This document shows positions 62,234 through 64,000 of a DNA stretch of 64,000 nucleotides, in pieces. The notes under the pieces were generated by a model, which did not search any database, was not told the origin of the DNA, and worked only from the letters and a program-made list of their open reading frames with translations. The position numbers and the translations under genes are program-made. Origin of the DNA: Lophium mytilinum (taxonomy: Eukaryota); contig MU004195.1 of assembly GCA_010093605.1 (NCBI GenBank), positions 186,001 through 250,000 of the forward strand, written 5' to 3'. Numbering within the stretch: position 1 is the first letter of the stretch; every line of letters begins with the position of its first letter.

Positions 62234-63553
62234 ATGGCCTCCGTCCGACCCTCATTGCAGCTATTGAAGCCGCCCTTCTTTCGCTCGAACTATGGGCCGA
62301 GAGGACTCCTTCGCGTGGACTTCTTCACCCCCAAATCAGCCGGCCGGACCGTGAGACAGATGTCCGATGGCCTCCCCAAAGGCCCAAAACTGGGCAACGC
62401 TGGCAAGAGACCCGTCTTTGGCGCAAAAGCTCGCCTCGCCGTTGGCATTCCTTTTGTCGGGCTGCTGATTTACTCAATGGCAAGCTCCCAGCTTCACAAC
62501 CCGGCGTCAACCGCTAATGACCTAAACTAGGCCACTGGCGAACGACCCTCTAAAGCCGATACCCTCACTATCGCCGAGAAAGATGCCTTGACGAAGCAGG
62601 AATCCGGCATCACTGAGCAGTCGCCAATGCGCCTGCGGATGGAAGCCTTTATAAAACAATACCAGAAAGAGATCGTCGCTGCCCTGGAAAAGGTTGACGG
62701 CAAACCCTTCCTCGTCGATAGCTGGGACCGACCCGAAGGCGGCGGAGGCATCTCATGCGTGCTGCAAGACGGCAACGTCTTCGAGAAAGCAGGCGTCAAC
62801 ATCTCCGTCGTATACGGCCGGCTCCCTCGCGCCGCCATCGCAAAGATGCGTGTGAACCACAAAGCGCTGGACCCGGACGTGGACTCCCTAGAGTTCTTTG
62901 CCGCAGGCCTGAGCATGGTCCTCCATCCCTCGAACCCTATGGCGCCCACCGTCCACCTCAACTACCGCTACTTCGAGACCGCGGATGAGGCTGGCAACTC
63001 CAACGCATGGTGGTACGGCGGTGGCTGCGATCTTACGCCCTGCTACCTCTTCGATGAGGACGCGATACACTTCCACAACACGATCAAGGCAGCTTGCGAC
63101 AAGCACGATAAAGCATACTACCCGCGTTTCAAGAAGTGGTGCGACGAATACTTCAGCAACACGCACAGAGGGGAGACACGTGGTGTCGGTGGCATCTTCT
63201 TCGACGACCTCGACGAGACGGAGAAGGACCAAGAACAGCTCTTCGCCTTTGTGCAGGATTGTCTCGGCGCTTTCCTGCCATCCTACATCCCCATCATCAA
63301 TCGCCGCAAGGACATGCCCTTCACCGAGCATGAGAAGCAGTGGCAGCAGCTCCGTCGCGGCCGATATGTCGAGTTCAACCTCGTCCACGACCGCGGGACC
63401 GCGTTTGGCCTCAATGCCCCTGGCGCCCGTGTGGAGAGCATTCTGATGAGTTTGCCACTCACTGCTCGGTGGCAGTACATGCACTCTCCCGTACAGGGGA
63501 CGAGGGAGGAGCGCTTGCTGGATGTTTTGAAAAGGCCCAAAGAATGGGTTTGA
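62234..63553 (+). CDS. HEM13: Oxygen-dependent coproporphyrinogen III oxidase
   Basis: [54 protein letters not shown] and [10 protein letters not shown]. The N-terminal exon is joined through putative GC-AG intron 62480-62530. Confidence 0.95.
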
Positions 63554-64000
63554 TAATTTGCGTTGGTTAAAGCGACTAGAAAAAAGTGGTGCTTGTATAT
63601 TGCGCTGTGAATCATGATACCTTTGTACAAATATGTAGCATCAAAAATAGGCGTAGTATGCAATGTCATTGATCTGTGTACACCTGTTTCCTACTGTTTG
63701 TGGTGCTCCGACATGTTTTCACATACCTGAAAGTGGTGGAAGCGCATCCTTTTGAACATTTAACAAACCTGTTAAGCCACATCAGACAGTGGCAGCAGCG
63801 TGTGCACAGTAGATAAACTGGCACATCTTACTGCCATAGGCTGAAGCCGTTCAAGAGGCCAAGCAGCGTCCCCTTCTTGCTACCACGGCACCTCCTTTGC
63901 CTCACCTTTTGCGTGACCTAACCCGCGACATCATATCGGAGTGTCGACTCCATAAGCCTGAGCCACCAGTAGCTGAACTGAGCTTCCCCAACACCTCGAA

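Noticed and set aside
62888..63484. Long antisense ORF over HEM13 (likewise over QCR2, MFS and ACAD)
   Set aside because: Expected shadow ORFs from GC-rich codon usage of the sense genes.

Overview
This is eukaryotic DNA from a filamentous ascomycete (Pezizomycotina, plausibly Dothideomycetes). GC-balanced, intron-containing genes are interleaved with three AT-rich, RIP-mutated repeat islands (~13.5-15.8 kb, ~24.1-27.7 kb, ~31.9-39.3 kb). Recognisable genes: GPI13, CWC21, CDC123, RPC82, QCR2, NCE101, ATG8 and HEM13. Also present are MFS transporters, an FMN alpha-hydroxy-acid oxidase, an SDR, a Zn2Cys6 factor, a methyltransferase, an APH-like kinase, an M24 peptidase, an FMO, an F-box protein, a PTS1-bearing acyl-CoA dehydrogenase and a RecJ-like DHH protein. 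Repeats include one full-length Ty1/Copia element (TSD GTAGC, RIP-inactivated, spanning an N gap), six solo LTRs of its family with 5-bp TSDs, and three non-autonomous TIR elements. The most interesting observations are: (1) a RecJ-like DHH protein with intact catalytic motifs, a basic NLS-like N-terminus and a canonical C-terminal PCNA-binding PIP box; (2) an extra NLS-bearing ORF and a GATA-hairpin tandem array upstream of gag in the Copia element; (3) a GC-AG intron gating the mitochondrial-type N-terminus of HEM13. All calls come from reading the sequence by eye; no database searches were run.
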